64,000 nt of DNA from Rhizophagus irregularis (Eukaryota), in assembly GCF_026210795.1 (NCBI RefSeq), contig NC_089432.1:5084001-5148000 (forward strand). Direction: 5' to 3'. Below are positions 1 through 14,092 of this stretch, piece after piece. The number at the start of each line of letters is the position of its first letter. Position 1 is the stretch's first letter. The position numbers and the translations under genes are program-made. The notes beneath the pieces were generated by a model. It ran no database searches. It was not told the DNA's origin and saw only the letters and a program-made list of their open reading frames with translations.

Positions 1-1482
1 GCCAAAAGTCAAACTATTGTGTAATAAAAAAATGACAGTTAATATTAAAATTAATATTGTTTGTAGTGTATAAAAAATATCACAATCAATATAAAAATAA
101 ATAAATAAATAAAAATATAAAAATAAAATTAATAAAATAAAATAACAACAATTAAAACCTTTTAACGAATAAAAAGTGGCAACAAGTTCTACAAATTATT
201 GTGATAAATAATAAATAACTAAAGCATAAAAATCCCACGATATATTTATATACAATGAAATACGAAGTAAGGGTTGAAAAAAAAGAAGCGTGAACGTGAT
301 AATAAAAAAGGTATTAAAATATTTTATAATATATTAGTAATATTTTATATTATATTAGTGATATAAAAGATTATTTTTAATTTCATTCTTGGTGTAAATA
401 TAAATAAAACTATACACAAAAAAAGGAAGAAAAAAAAGTTTACTCACTGTTTTTTCTTGCACAAAATAAATTGTGATCGCGTTGTCTTGCAAGGTACGAT
501 CTCAACAATAATATGTGTTACATATTATATAAAAATATATGGAAGTATATTTTAAACATATTTATTAAAGTCTTTACGTTCTATTCTTTGTATATATATA
601 GAGAATAAACTTGTATATTAAAAGTAAAAGAAAAACAGTTCGCTTATATCGTTCGTTACGCAATCTTAAAATAAAAGATTGATTGACTTCCGAATTTGAT
701 TAATTATCTATATATACAAGATTAAACAAGGTTATACAATATTACAGTATATATGCCTATTCTATCAAGCCACAATTTTAAACCGAAAAGGGTAATTTTT
801 CAATATGGTAACATTAACAATTGTCTACTTTAGGATTGTAAAAAATTTTGATATGTAAATTCTAAAATTATAAAATATTAATATTAATATTAATATTAAT
901 AATATATTAATAATAATATATATTAATAAAAAATAAAAAAATTTTTATTATAAGGAATTTTTATTTGGGTTGGCTAATTACGCCAAACACTAAAAGTTAA
1001 CCATTTCATACTATCATAATATTCGGTACAACTTATAATAAATTATGCAGTATATATATATATTTATTTTTAATTATTTGTGATCTGGATGTTACAACGT
1101 AAATTCCGATTCGTTAAGCAGCTATCTTTCCCTTTCACAATAATTCATCTTTTTTTTGTGAATCAAAAACTAATATATATATATGCGGTTAAATCTCAGC
1201 AAATGACCAGGTCACAAGTTGAACGGTACTGCTGCAATCAGTCTTCGGGAATACATATAAGGGTTAAATCTAAAAAACATTGATTGATTTTGGCAGTTTA
1301 TAACTTTACAAGGAATTTCGTGTAATTTCATGTAATTACCATACTTGGAAACAAAAACTTGATATAAATAGTTAAATATTATGATTTTTTTTTTCAAAAA
1401 AAAAAAATGTTTTTCATGCTCTCTTTTTTTCGTGCTCAAATAAATTAAAAATAATACTTGTAATAATAATATATATATAATT

Positions 1483-3797
1483 ATGTCTGAAACGAACGAG
1501 TGGGCAAATTGGATAGAAGAGGCTATTTCTAAAAAACATATTAGATATTATGAGTATGAGTACTTTAGTAATATTCAAGAAATTGGTGTTGGTGGCTTCG
1601 GTAAAATTTACCGTGCTAATTACAAAAGTTCAGAACAATATCTCGTGTTAAAATCTCTTCTTAACCTTGATAATATCGCTATTAAAGAGCTCGTTAATGA
1701 GGTGATATTTTTGTTCTTCATAAAGTTAACATATTTTCATATTTTTTAAATTTTTTTTTTTTTTATTATATTTAGCTTGAACTACAACGTGATGTTACTT
1801 TCCATGATAACATCATTAGCTTTCATGGGATCACCACAGAGAAAGGTATTTAATTTAATGTTGCATTATTATAATTTAAATAATAATAATAATTTTTTCT
1901 TTTTTTTTTTTTTTTAGGAAATCAACATGAGGCCTTTAAGAAATACTTATTGGTGATGGAATACGCTGATGGTGGTTCCCTCAAAAAATTTTTAAAAGAA
2001 AATAAGGATATTACTTGGAAGGACAAATGTAAACTTGCGTATCAGTTGTCCTGTGCTGTAGCGTGCTTACACGATGAAGGAATCGTACATCGTGATTTGG
2101 TAATATAATTTATTTGTTTAATATAATCATTTAGTTATTACGTTATTCATATATATCGCATTATTTACTTAATTTGTTTTTATTTCTCGTTATTAGCACT
2201 CAAACAACGTATTAGTTCATCAGGGAAACATCAAATTGGCAGATTTTGGGTTGTCAAAAAAAGTTGGTGATGCATCTAAAACTCAAAGAGAATTATTTGG
2301 TGTAGTCCCTTACATTGATCCAAAAAGATTCGGCTCAAGAACATACTCTTTAAATAAAAAGAGTGATGTATATAGTATTGGCGTACTTTTGTGGGAGATA
2401 TCAAAAGGTCAGCCACCATTTTATGTAGAAGGCGAATCATACGATGCTAGTCTAGCTATACAAATTTTACAAGGTTCTAGAGAATCAACCGTTCCTGGTA
2501 CCCCTGCCGATTATGTTAAACTTTATAGTGGTAAGTATGACGTTTAATATTTAATTATATTTACTCTTTAATTTATTTTAGTAGTTAAATATATATATAT
2601 ATATTTTTTTATTTAGAATGTTGGGATGGTGATCCAGATAAAAGGCCATCTATTCAAGAGGTCGTTGATAGATTAAAATCAATGGTCTCACAATCGGATA
2701 CGACATCTCAACAACAAATTGAAAGTGATCAAATACCAAGTAAAAATATGACTATGAATAGCGCGGAAAATTATGCATCTCATGGAGATTTATCTCAAAT
2801 CATTCGAAGTTTTGATAAAATGAATATGGAAACTTTTACATCAACGAGTAATAAGCAAGGTTTTATTTTACCTGAAAATGAATTAAACTTGAATGCAGTA
2901 GAATCTGCAATGTCATCAAGTGATATTGAGCCACCTCAGAACGCGGAAGTTGAGGAAATTATAAAATTCATTTTTGAAGTAACAAATAGAATAAATGAAG
3001 TTAATGAAAAATCATTTAGAAAAAAACATATTCTTGATTTTCTTAAAAATAATAATATAAATTCTCAAGAAATTCATGATTGGTTATTGAAACATCAGTA
3101 CAGTAGTATGAATGCCACCTTCTTACTTGGATATTTCAACTATTATGGAATTGAAACTGTTGAGAATCACGATAGAGCATTCAATTTTTTCTCTAAAGCA
3201 TCAAAGCAAAATCATATGTTGGCTCGATATTTTGTTGGTAAATGTTATCAAAATGGTTATGGAACTACAAAAAATGAAAGTATGGCCTTTAGATATTTTG
3301 AAAAATTAGCGAATGAAAATTTTGCTATAGGTCAGTTAGAAGTTGGTTATTGTTATAATCTAGGATTAGGGGTTAATGAAGATCCAGAAAAGGCTATTCA
3401 TTGGTATGAAAAAGCTTCAGATAACGGAAATGTAGCGGCTACGTATAAACTTGGTCAAAAATATATAAATGGAATGGGCGTCAGTAAAAATTTAGAAAAA
3501 GCCTTTGAATTGTTCAAGAGATCAGCTGAAAAGGGGTATTTAGATGGAATGGTAATGTTAGGAGTTTGTTATAATGGTGGTATTGGTACTAATATTGATT
3601 GGACGAAGGGGTTTGAATGTTATGAAAAAGCTGCAAATTTAGGAAATATGATTGCTCAATATAATTTAGCTAACATGTATAAAAATGGTGAAGGAACTGA
3701 AAAGAATATGGAAATGGCGATTCATTGGTTCAAAGTATCTGCTGAACAAGGGTATTCAAATGCTCAAAAACAGTTGGATAGATTATTAAAAAGTTAA
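1483..3797 (+). CDS. Protein kinase (TKL-like) + 6 Sel1-like repeats, copy 1, intact, ~661 aa
   Basis: Exons 1483-1701, 1776-1845, 1918-2099, 2197-2530, 2617-3797 have GT-AG junctions and join in frame. Motifs GVGGFG, VLK, HRDL|HSNN, DFG, SDVYS; six Sel1-type repeats (e.g. AQYNLANMYKNGEG) in the last exon. Confidence 0.92.
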
Positions 3798-6655
3798 AAA
3801 AAAATTTATTTGTAAGCCTATTTTAAGATATCAAATCGAAATATAATAAAAGATATATATAAATAAATATTTTTAAGGTATATCATGGTTACTGGTGTTC
3901 TTTCCTTAAAGATGTGATCTGGGAGGTATAGTTTACAAATTGTAACGTAATTAACGTAATATAATTAATTCTTCTTTGTTTAATCTTCATACAAGTTACA
4001 ACAAAAACAAGGATCTCTAAGTTTCAAAGTTATAGATCTTGATAAAATACGTCCATTTTGTATCATTATATCTTGAGGATCAAAACTTGAAGCGTTGTAC
4101 TAGAGTATTTTGATGGTAAGTTTAAAGGAAGATTAATGGGAACCAAGAAAATCATTAAAACAGGTAAAAAAAAATTATGTACAAAAATGACGTACTAACA
4201 AGTGGAGTTATAAAAGTCATATATATTTTTTATGTAGACAATTAGCACATTTTTTAATGCAATTTTATTTAGGTAATAAGTATACATATGTTTATTAATA
4301 TGTAAATTTTATAGATATATTAATTATTATTGTTATTTTTTTTTTATTAATACTCTCACATTTCACGCTTAGGTAGTTAGATGCAATTTGCATAATTTTT
4401 TGTACAAAATCGCTTCACTTTTGGAGTCTACAAGTTTACATCATCCCATCCTTCGAGAATAATCTCCTTCATCTTTGGACTCGTCATCATCTTTGGATCA
4501 AATCATCCTCTGCATCACTTATGAATTGAGTCATCATTTTCTGTTTTGGACGTGACGCAAATAGAGTATATTTAAGTGAAGGTCTCAGAAAAGGCGACAT
4601 ACGTCTATGATTAATCCATCTCGACAATACAATATAGATTATTGATTAAAGAAATATTGCTAGTTCAGCAAATCAAAGTGCATCAAAGATAAATCTCAAA
4701 AGCTTTTCTCTCTTCCGTAGGTCGTCAACATTTTACCAAAAATCAAAAAATTGACGACAGCTTAGGATCGACGTTCTTTCTATTGAAAGTGAAAGGGTGT
4801 AAATCAAAGGTAATCAAAGGAAATATATCACAATTGAAATATTACAAGATTAAGCAAGAGACTCGGCCGGTTGTGGTACCAAATCAACGGACGGCCTAAT
4901 TGTGAACAAAATCCCAGAAATGCGAGTATTATATTACAAGGTAAAAGCAGAGAATCAATTCCCATTTCCGCTGGTATGCTTACTGAAAGCAATGGATATT
5001 TCCCCGAATTTAAAGTAGCGATGAGTGCAGAAGAAGCGCACCAACTTTTGTTCAATCCTATACAAAGAATTCATGACCTTATAATTTTTAACAGCTTCAT
5101 CAGCAAGCTTCTAAGTATAAGCTGAATCGTGTTTTCTTAAAATTAGCGCTACGGGTTCTATACAATCTCTACTCGCTATTTTTTCTGTCAGGGTCTTACG
5201 TTTATTTGAGGATACATTAAATATTCCAGATGATTATTTATTGCGTTAGGTTTTTCTAATTGTCTAACATCTTTACAAAGTTTAATAATATTGAAAACTG
5301 AAAAGTGATCGAACTTCTAAGCAGCAAAAAATTTATTCGAGTCCCGGTTGCACATGTATTACACCGTGATAAACATATGGTCAAATGACGGTGATCCATC
5401 TAAATTTTTAGGATGAACGATTGTTTTTTACACTTTAAATAAATCGATTAGTTATATTACGACTTTTAAGAATATTTGAAGGACTATGAAAATTACTTGT
5501 AAGTTAAATATAAATTCATTAATATATATTAAGTCATTAAAAAAAAAATATTATCATGTTTCCAATAAAAAAGCTTTATTATAAATTATCTGACAAAAAA
5601 TCATGATTTAATTTAATCAAAAAGAAGTATTTGTTATTTTTTTATTATCCTATATCAAGCATATAAAGAGAAAGTGAAAGTGAGATGTGATGGTAAAGGA
5701 GATGTTAGTAAGGATAGCAAAGATACAGTAAAGATAGATGAGATGATAGAAATTGTGGTGGATAAATTTATTCTCGAAAAACTATAGAATCATATGGCAA
5801 AATATAAGATCTAATTTAAATATAATACATAATTTATAATTATTTATAGTACTTATTTAGTCTTACGAGAGTATACCAAGGAAATCTGGAAGCGATGACA
5901 TCGACTTCATCAAATGATCCTTAGGTGAGCAAAGTAACTACAGTACTTTACACGACAAATTGTTACAAAGGGTTCTTTTAAACAGCTAATGATACCAATG
6001 ATAAAAAGAGAAACTGAATTTCAAGATGTTTTTTCGGAGGTTCATATAAAGAGGTTAAAAAGAGAAAAAATACAGAATCTACTTTTTAAACTTTATTCTT
6101 CAATAAACAGTTTAATTATAGATTATATCTTTTGTAGCGTGGGTTTTATATTAGAAAGATTGGAAAATCACAAAAATAATAAAATTTATAAAAAGATCAA
6201 AACATGTATTTAGCATTAAACCATACTAATTACAGTCTATTCTAGTATATCCCTATTGTTTGATGTGTAGAACGAACGGGTATATCCGTATATGTAGTTA
6301 GATAGATTCGTCCAATTATATGCTTGGTCTACATATTTTTGTAATATTCAGTTGTGAAAATGTAAAATTTTTTATATTTATACTTGTCTAATAAAGAAAT
6401 GCAATTATCAAAAAAAAAAAATTAAACAATCATAGTATTACGTTTTGCTTACTACGAAAAGTCTAACAGTCGAAAACGCAATAAAAGTCAGGTGCTCAAT
6501 GATCGACTTATGTACATTGAAAAACATTTTACAAATTTAGTTAGTGTAAAATTGTGTTATAAATTTAATCATTTCTTTTCTCAGAAAATCTAGAATTAAA
6601 ACAAAAAAAAAAATTTCCACGGTAAAAAATATATATAGTAATATTTATATACAGT

Positions 6656-8990
6656 ATGTCTGAAATGAATGAATGGATTAATTGGATTGAAGAAGAAGTT
6701 GTATCCAAGAAACATATTAAACATTATGAGTATAAATATTTTAGTAATATTCAAGAAATTGGTATTAGTAGTTTTGGAAAAGTTTATCGTTCAAGTTGGA
6801 AAAATTCGGATCAATATGTTGCTTTAAAATCTCTTCTTAAGTTTGATAATATTATCATTAAAGAACTTGTTCATGAGGTGATTACAAAAACTTTTTATTT
6901 TATTCTTTAATAGATATATTTTTTTATTTTTTGTATAAATAAATATTTTCTAAAAAAAATTATTAAAATTTATTCTTAGCTTGAATTTCAACGTGAAGTT
7001 GCTTTCCATAATAATATTATTAGCTTTTATGGGATTACTACTTCAGATCAAGGTATAAAACAATTACATATACATTTGTTATTATTATATACAAATAATA
7101 ATAAAATCTTTTTTTTAAAAAAAAAATAGAAAACCAAAATGATAAAAAATATTTATTAGTTATGGAATACGCTGATGGTGGTTCCCTCAAAAATTATTTA
7201 AAAGAAAATTTTAATAATCTTACTTGGATAGATAAATATAAACTAGCGTATCAGTTGGCTTGTGCTATAGCATTTTTACAAGATGAAGGGATTGTACATC
7301 ACGATTTGGTAATTTTTTAATTTATTTGATTAATATCGTTTGTTTAAAATTGTTTATTATTCATTTATATTAATTCATATTTTATTTATTCATTCTTATT
7401 ATAGCATTCCAATAATGTATTAGTTCATCAGGGTACAATCAAATTGACCGATTTTGGATTATCAAAGAAAATTGATGACGAATATAAAGCGCAATCAGAT
7501 TTATCTATTGTCCCTTATATCGATCCAAAAAGATTAAGTACAAGATCTTATCCTTTAAATAATAAGAGCAACGTATATAGTATTGGCGTTCTTTTATGGG
7601 AGATATCAAAAGGTCAACCGCCCTTTTATTCTGAAAGTGAATCATATGATAACGATTTGGCCAAGAAAATTTTACAGGGACTCAGAGAAAAAATTGTCCC
7701 CGATACTCCTGTTGATTATGCTAAGCTTTATACCGGTAATTATAACATTTTTATTTTTTATAGTTATTATTTTTTTTTAAATCGAATCAATAATTTATAG
7801 TTGTTATTTTTGTTTAAATCAAATCAATAATTAAATACATTTTTTTTTATTTAGAATGTTGGGACGATGAACCAGACAATCGACCATCTATACATGGGGT
7901 TGTTGAAAGATTAAAATCAATGATTTCACAATCAAGTACGACGCTTTATCAAAATGAAGATTTTAATTTAACGAGTACAAAATCTACAGAATATAATACA
8001 GAATCTACGTCATCAACTAATAATGAACAAATTATTAATCAAAATATTTTACATGAAAGTGAATTAAGCTTGAATATGAAAGAATTAGAATCTACAACAT
8101 CAACAATTACGAATGATTTAAGTATGGAAGTTGATGGAATTACAAATTTTATTTTTGAAACAACAAATAAAATAAATGATGTGAATGAAAAAACGGCAAG
8201 AAAACAATATATTCTTGATTATTTTAATAATAATAATATAAAATCAAAGGAAATTTATTATTGGTTATTAAAAAATCAAAATAATAATAATAATAATATG
8301 AATTCTATCTTCTTACTCGGATATTTTTATTATTATGGAATTGAAACTGATGAAAATTATGATAAAGCATTCAATTTTTTCGTTAAAGCATCAAAACAAA
8401 ATCATATTTTGGCTCAATATTTTGTTGGTAAATGTTATCAAAATGGTTATGGAATTATAAAAAATGAAAATTTGGCTTTTCAATATTTTGAAAAATTAGC
8501 TAATGATAATTATGCAATAGGACAATTAGATGTTGGTTATTGTTATAATTTAGGAATAGGAATTAAAGTAGATTTAAAGAAAGCTATTTATTGGTATGAA
8601 AAATCTTCAAATAATGGAAATATTGTAGCTATATACAAACTTGGTCAAAAGTATATAAATGGTATGGGCGTTAAAAAAGATTATGAAAAAGCTTTTGAAT
8701 TATTCAAGAAATCAGCTGAAGAAGGTTATTTAGATGGAATTGTTATGTTAGGAGCTTGTTGTAGTGGTGGTATTGGAACTAATGTTGATTGGAAGAAAGC
8801 AATTGAATCATATCAAAAAGCTGCAAATTTAGGAAGTATGATTGCTCAATATAATTTAGCTAATATGTATAAAAATGGTGAAGGAATTGAAAAAGATATA
8901 AGTAAAGCAATTTATTGGTTTAAAATATCTGCTGAAAAAGGTTATTCAAATTCTCAAAAACAATTGGAAAAATTAATGAAAAATGAATAA
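6656..8990 (+). CDS. Kinase-like + 6 Sel1-like repeats, copy 2, open frame but degenerate kinase motifs, ~646 aa
   Basis: Exons 6656-6877, 6980-7052, 7130-7308, 7405-7735, 7855-8990 join in frame. GISSFG replaces GxGxFG, HHDL replaces HRDL, SNVYS replaces SDVYS; six Sel1 repeats. Confidence 0.9.
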
Positions 8991-9376
8991 TTTATTAAAT
9001 TAATTAAAATTAGATATTTATTTTATTTATAACACATCATAACTTTATATAAATGTATTATTTTTCAAATATAGACAATTTTCTGATTAATTTTTGTTTT
9101 GCGCTCGCCCACAATGCTGCGCTGTAATTTACACTGCGCCCTAGTGATAACCTGTACTAATCTTGTGACTCTTAATCAAAGATCTCATAGTTTGTACTGA
9201 AATTGCAGCTATAAAAATAATCAGTGATCTCATAGTTTGTACTGAAATTGCGGCTAAAATAGTCATTTATCTAGAATAATTTTGAGAATCATGCACCTCA
9301 GCAATGGCAATTAGGATTTCAAGACGGGGATCACCATCGTTCGAGCATCAAAAGAATTTTAACATTTGTGCTACAA

Positions 9377-11433
9377 ATGGAAGACTTTACATTATTTTGT
9401 CTTGTTCAAGAGAACGTAATTACTCAAGCTTTTTCCTTAAGTATCAACAGAAATGAAAGTATTGGTCAAATCAAGAAAACCATCAAGAAAAAAATGCCCG
9501 AGTTTAATTTTTTCGATGCAGGTGGGCTTAAGTTGTAGAAGATTCAAGTTTGCGATGATAATGATCTAAATAAACTTACACTTCATGACAACGATCAACT
9601 TCTCATAAGTAGGAAAATTAACTGACAAACCGCTCGACAAATACATTCACATCATTATCGAACCACCTAAGCTGATACATATGAGTCTATTGAGGCAGGA
9701 CTTTTAAATGAAGGAAAGAGCGCGGAATATCTAGACAGAGGTTGTATTTATAAGGCAACATTACGACATTACGTGAAAGTTGTCTTGTACTAAAAATGGA
9801 AAATATCATTTGTTTATAGAATTTATACGAGTAGCAAGAGGATTAAAACCAGATGAAGTACCTACCCCTTATAGATTTTTTCACGAACTTCCCAATAAGT
9901 CATACCGTTGATTTTTAGGCGGTGAAAATCATAAGTTTGTTTCTTATAAAAATGAAGATAATCTTTTCATCGATCATTTTTCAATTTCTTACTTGGGGTG
10001 ATGATCTTGAGAAACGCCTCCGCCAGTTATATGTGAAGGAAAACATCGTGGACATATTCTGGGGTCGAAGTCTTAAAGATGATGATACAATTTGGAGTGT
10101 CTACGTAGTTCGCAATATTCCTTACCTATTCAAAAGGACAGAGAATGTCATGGAAGATCAAATGATTCGTTTCATAACAGAGGAGGAAGGGTTTGCTAAC
10201 ACTGAAATTCGACGACAAGGCTCCCATGATCCGCTGCCAACCCTTTAATAAGATCCCAAAAAAATTGCAGAAGGCCTTCGATGAAGCCTTAGACAATGAG
10301 TTGGGGCAGTCCTTCCGTGAAATACACTATAATCTGGTCAGCATGAGCACTGGTTATAAGCGAACTCAAGGCAAGATTACTGGAATCCCTGCTATTATAC
10401 TATATGTTCGCCAGAAGGATATTCTGCGCCGCGGATGTGACAAATTCCCGGATAAGATTCGTGGTATCTAGTAGATGTGGCTTGTGCTGCAGTTCCTATG
10501 GATTTGGTGTTGGTGTTTGTCAAGTTTATCAGAAGGACTTTGAGTTAGGATCAAGTATAGGAATTTTTGAATCTGAGGGAACATCTGGAACCCTCAGTGC
10601 TGTTGTGCGTGATAAAATCTCAGATCAGATTGGCATTCTCCCATGTGAACACGTATGCAAGTTTAATGAATCAAGTACTGGGACTAGTATTATAATCCAC
10701 CAGCCTTCGCATAAAGACCTAGATAATTTGCTTGTTGGTATAGCGAGTAAAAATAAAGCGTATGAAAAAATTTCAGAAGATATGTATAATATAATCAATA
10801 AACAAACAGAATTCAGTTCTAGCTTGTTATGAGGGTGATATGCGAAACAACTACTACTCCGAAGCATACCGGCATCGATGCTGCATATTGTACTTTTACA
10901 AACACAAATCGTACTTTATGTACAAACAAATGCTCAGTTCTCCCTGAAAAATTCAAAAAAGCAAACCTTCCTGGAAACACCTGTATAAATGGTTTTTATA
11001 AATGTGAAGAATTTGATAATGACATTGATGATTTTGATATCTTTAAAGTAGTAAGAGCTACAGGTTTTACCCTTGGAAAATTACTTCCTATTGGCGTTGC
11101 CATCTCCATTGATCTAACAAATGAAAGCATTAAAATTCGCAAAAGAGCAAGACAAAATTCCTACCTGTAGTGACAACGATGGCAAAGAAATATTCATCGG
11201 ATACATGAAGACACCGTTGATTCAGGAAGTCAATAAAAGCGTTAGCAGTGCTATCTACTGTGTGGTTTGATCAGCAATTGGTATTTGCATTCGACTTTGA
11301 ACCTGGAGACTCGGGTGGCTTCCTTCATGCAGCAATTGCAGTATGGATAACAGAACATTTCAGGTACGCCATTGCCTCTACTTATTTTGCTGTTTTTGTT
11401 ATGCGGGAGTATAATCGCATCAGAAATATATAA
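9377..11433 (+). pseudogene. Decayed Crinkler (CRN)-type N-terminal domain followed by a trypsin-fold (Nal1/Ssy5-like) serine protease
   Basis: From 9377: MEDFTLFCLVQEN...AFS...IGQIKKTIK...LKL*K (TGG>TAG)...IHIIIEPP, the CRN N-terminal hallmarks. Downstream frameshifted fragments carry STGYK..PAIILYVRQK, GTLSAVV..ILPCEHV (His), IDAAY (Asp), KVVRATG and PGDSG (Ser). Confidence 0.72.
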
Positions 11434-13226
11434 ATTATCGCATACTACATTTCTTTATTGTATAATATAGTACATCAGACTAATAAAAATTGATTTCATA
11501 TTAATTACTGCATTACAAGATCAATATATCAGCCGTAAGGCAGTTTGTTAAAATTTTCGCGCGCATGATTTTTTTATGTTGATCGACAACTAGCAAACGA
11601 TCTTTCTAACAAATTTTACTGTCACGGTATGCTAACATGATTTTTTTCAAATTTGCATTTAACTTCCAAGCAATTTTCAACTATCCTTGAAAGCCATTTA
11701 TATAACTAGTATTATTTAACAAGTTAATCGATTTACCACTACCATTTTTTGATGTTCTAATTATAAGAGAAATAATAATTTTGTTTGAATTTAATTTAAA
11801 TAACAAGTAAATACTATAATACTAAAATGGTTTTTTTGAATTAATTAATAAATTATTTTCATGCGATTTTTTTGGCAATTCGTACAGAATTTAAACTCAA
11901 TAGGGCGATAGATGTAGTCCGGCAGTGTTTTTTATGCCAAATACAGGAGAATCGTTATTATTAAAATAGCAGGAATTTTCAAATGTTTTTTTATAGTGTA
12001 ACAGATATGAAGGTCAAGAATGATAATTTGCTTCCTCCCGAATTTATATAATAATTAGTAAAGCTTTATGGAAAAGGTAATTGATTTAAAATTTTATAGG
12101 ATTTCAGCATGATCTTGTAACTTTTCTATTTCAATTCTACCGAATTGACAAATTATTATTTTATTTTTTTTTTATCATTCAGAAAGGCCAATTTATCCTA
12201 AAATTTCCATGGACGACCCCGAATATGAAATTTTACTTATGTCATCGTGTAAAAAGAAAATGATTAATTTATATTGAAATTTGTAAATTTATTTTAAAAA
12301 TTTATTTTGTTTTAATAAAATCATTGGTGCGTTAAAATATTTCCCAAAAAATGATTTTAAGGTCATATTTTTGACTTTTGTTAAGTTCATATTATGCATA
12401 TGAAATATTTATTTGAACCTTTTATTTGCTTTCTTTCTTAATCACGTATAGAAAATATTTAAATCTTTTTTTATTCCAAAATTAAAGACGATTATTAAAA
12501 TTTGATTAAGTTCCTTTATATTACAGATTATTTGAAAATTTTTTATCGTAATTACACAAGTAATTGGTTTAACTTAAACTTTATTTAAAAAGAATCTATA
12601 TAGAATATCAAGGAAATATAAACATAATTGATCTTGCTTATCTAAAGAATCAATACTAAAATTAATAAATTTAATAGTCTTGATTATTATTCTTTATCTA
12701 GATTACCAATTTTGATATATTCTCTTGTTTAAATTAAAAAAAATAAATAAATTGTTTTCGTGATAAATTATTACAAATATTATTCGTTATATGTAAATAA
12801 AAAAAAAGTTACTTACTATTTTTTTTATGTTTCAATCTTAAATTCTCCAATATTACGCTTTCTGAAGTGGTTACAATTGAGATTTGAGTAGCGGAATTTG
12901 TATTTGTATGGATGAACTTGATAGTACACATTATATTAATTAATTACTTTTGAATATTATTTATGTCATATCCATATTCTTTTGTAGTATATCTAAAATT
13001 AAATATAAAATCAAATTACTATTATCCGACCGTCTAATTAATTTTTCAAGTTTTTTCATTAATACTAGTAATTATATTTCATACCTTGTTTCACGTTAAA
13101 TAAAATCATTGATAGAGATCAAAGAACTAAAGACCAATTTTCTTCGATTGTATTAGTTTTAGTCTTTTTATTTCAGTTTGCTTAAATGTTTTGTAAATCA
13201 TTTGACAATAGATCATCTATTTCACC

Positions 13227-13441
13227 CAGTGTTGTGACGGGGACTGGGACATGTCCTTGGATGGGACAGGACAGGACAGTCCAGGACTTGGACAAGATGT
13301 TGTTGATGTCCAGGACAAAAATTCATTATAAGAGGATATATGATTTATATATAATATTAATAAATTGGACAATATTTTGGACAGGACAGGACGAGACAAA
13401 TGAATCAAAATTTTGTGGGACACTGTCCCGCCACATCACTG
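13227..13441. mobile_element. hAT-type MITE, 215 bp
   Basis: Imperfect TIRs CAGTGTTGTGACGGGGAC / GTCCCGCCACATCACTG; 8-bp TSD ATTTCACC (13219-13226, 13442-13449); internal GGACA repeats. Confidence 0.88.
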
Positions 13442-13983
13442 ATTTCACCTATAGTTAGTCTTCTTGAAGGATTAGAATCTTATTAAGTTAGCAGTGCATA
13501 ATCAGCGCTTTTTATAGGGTCAGGCCTAATATAAAAATTCGCAGTGCCGATCACTTACTCGTGAATAATTTAAATTTAGAATTTAAATATTTCCTGATAA
13601 CGATAATTTTTATTGCATAACTTAAAAAGTAAAATATTACTATTATTAGAAGGTTTTTACAATTGTGAGGTGAGATTTTGTACCTTTTAATTTCTTGTAT
13701 CACTATGTCTAAAACTTATAAATGGTAAATTTAGCGCCTTATCTGAATCTTTTATTTCTAATATAATAAATTTAAATGGGCTTTTATGTTTGTTTCAGTA
13801 TCGTCATATTGTATTCGTGTATTATTTTCGGTGTGACCAACAATATAAATTCGAAAATTAAAACCAAATTCAGAACACGGCTTGATTTTTTATCAACGAA
13901 AAGATCCGTAATATATTACACTATTTCATTAAATATAGAAAAGATTATTATTTCAAATCACCGGGGGTTATCATCACCGTTGC

Positions 13984-14092
13984 CCAGAATTATCAATTTT
14001 TACCGGCACTATATTTTTTTAATGCTGGCCGATCATCATAATTTCAGTCACCGGTGATCATCACCCCCGGTGATACCGGTAATTAGAAAAAT
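13984..14092 (+). repeat. Dispersed ~110-bp repeat (second copy ~19273-19393), probably an end of an unclassified element
   Basis: Near-identical CCAGAA..TCAATTTTTACCGGCACTATATTTTT..TCATAATTTCAG.CACCGGTGATCATCACCCCGGTGATA at both sites. Confidence 0.7.

Noticed and set aside
9181..9251. 26-bp direct repeat GATCTCATAGTTTGTACTGAAATTGC x2
   Set aside because: Only two copies; most simply a local slippage duplication.
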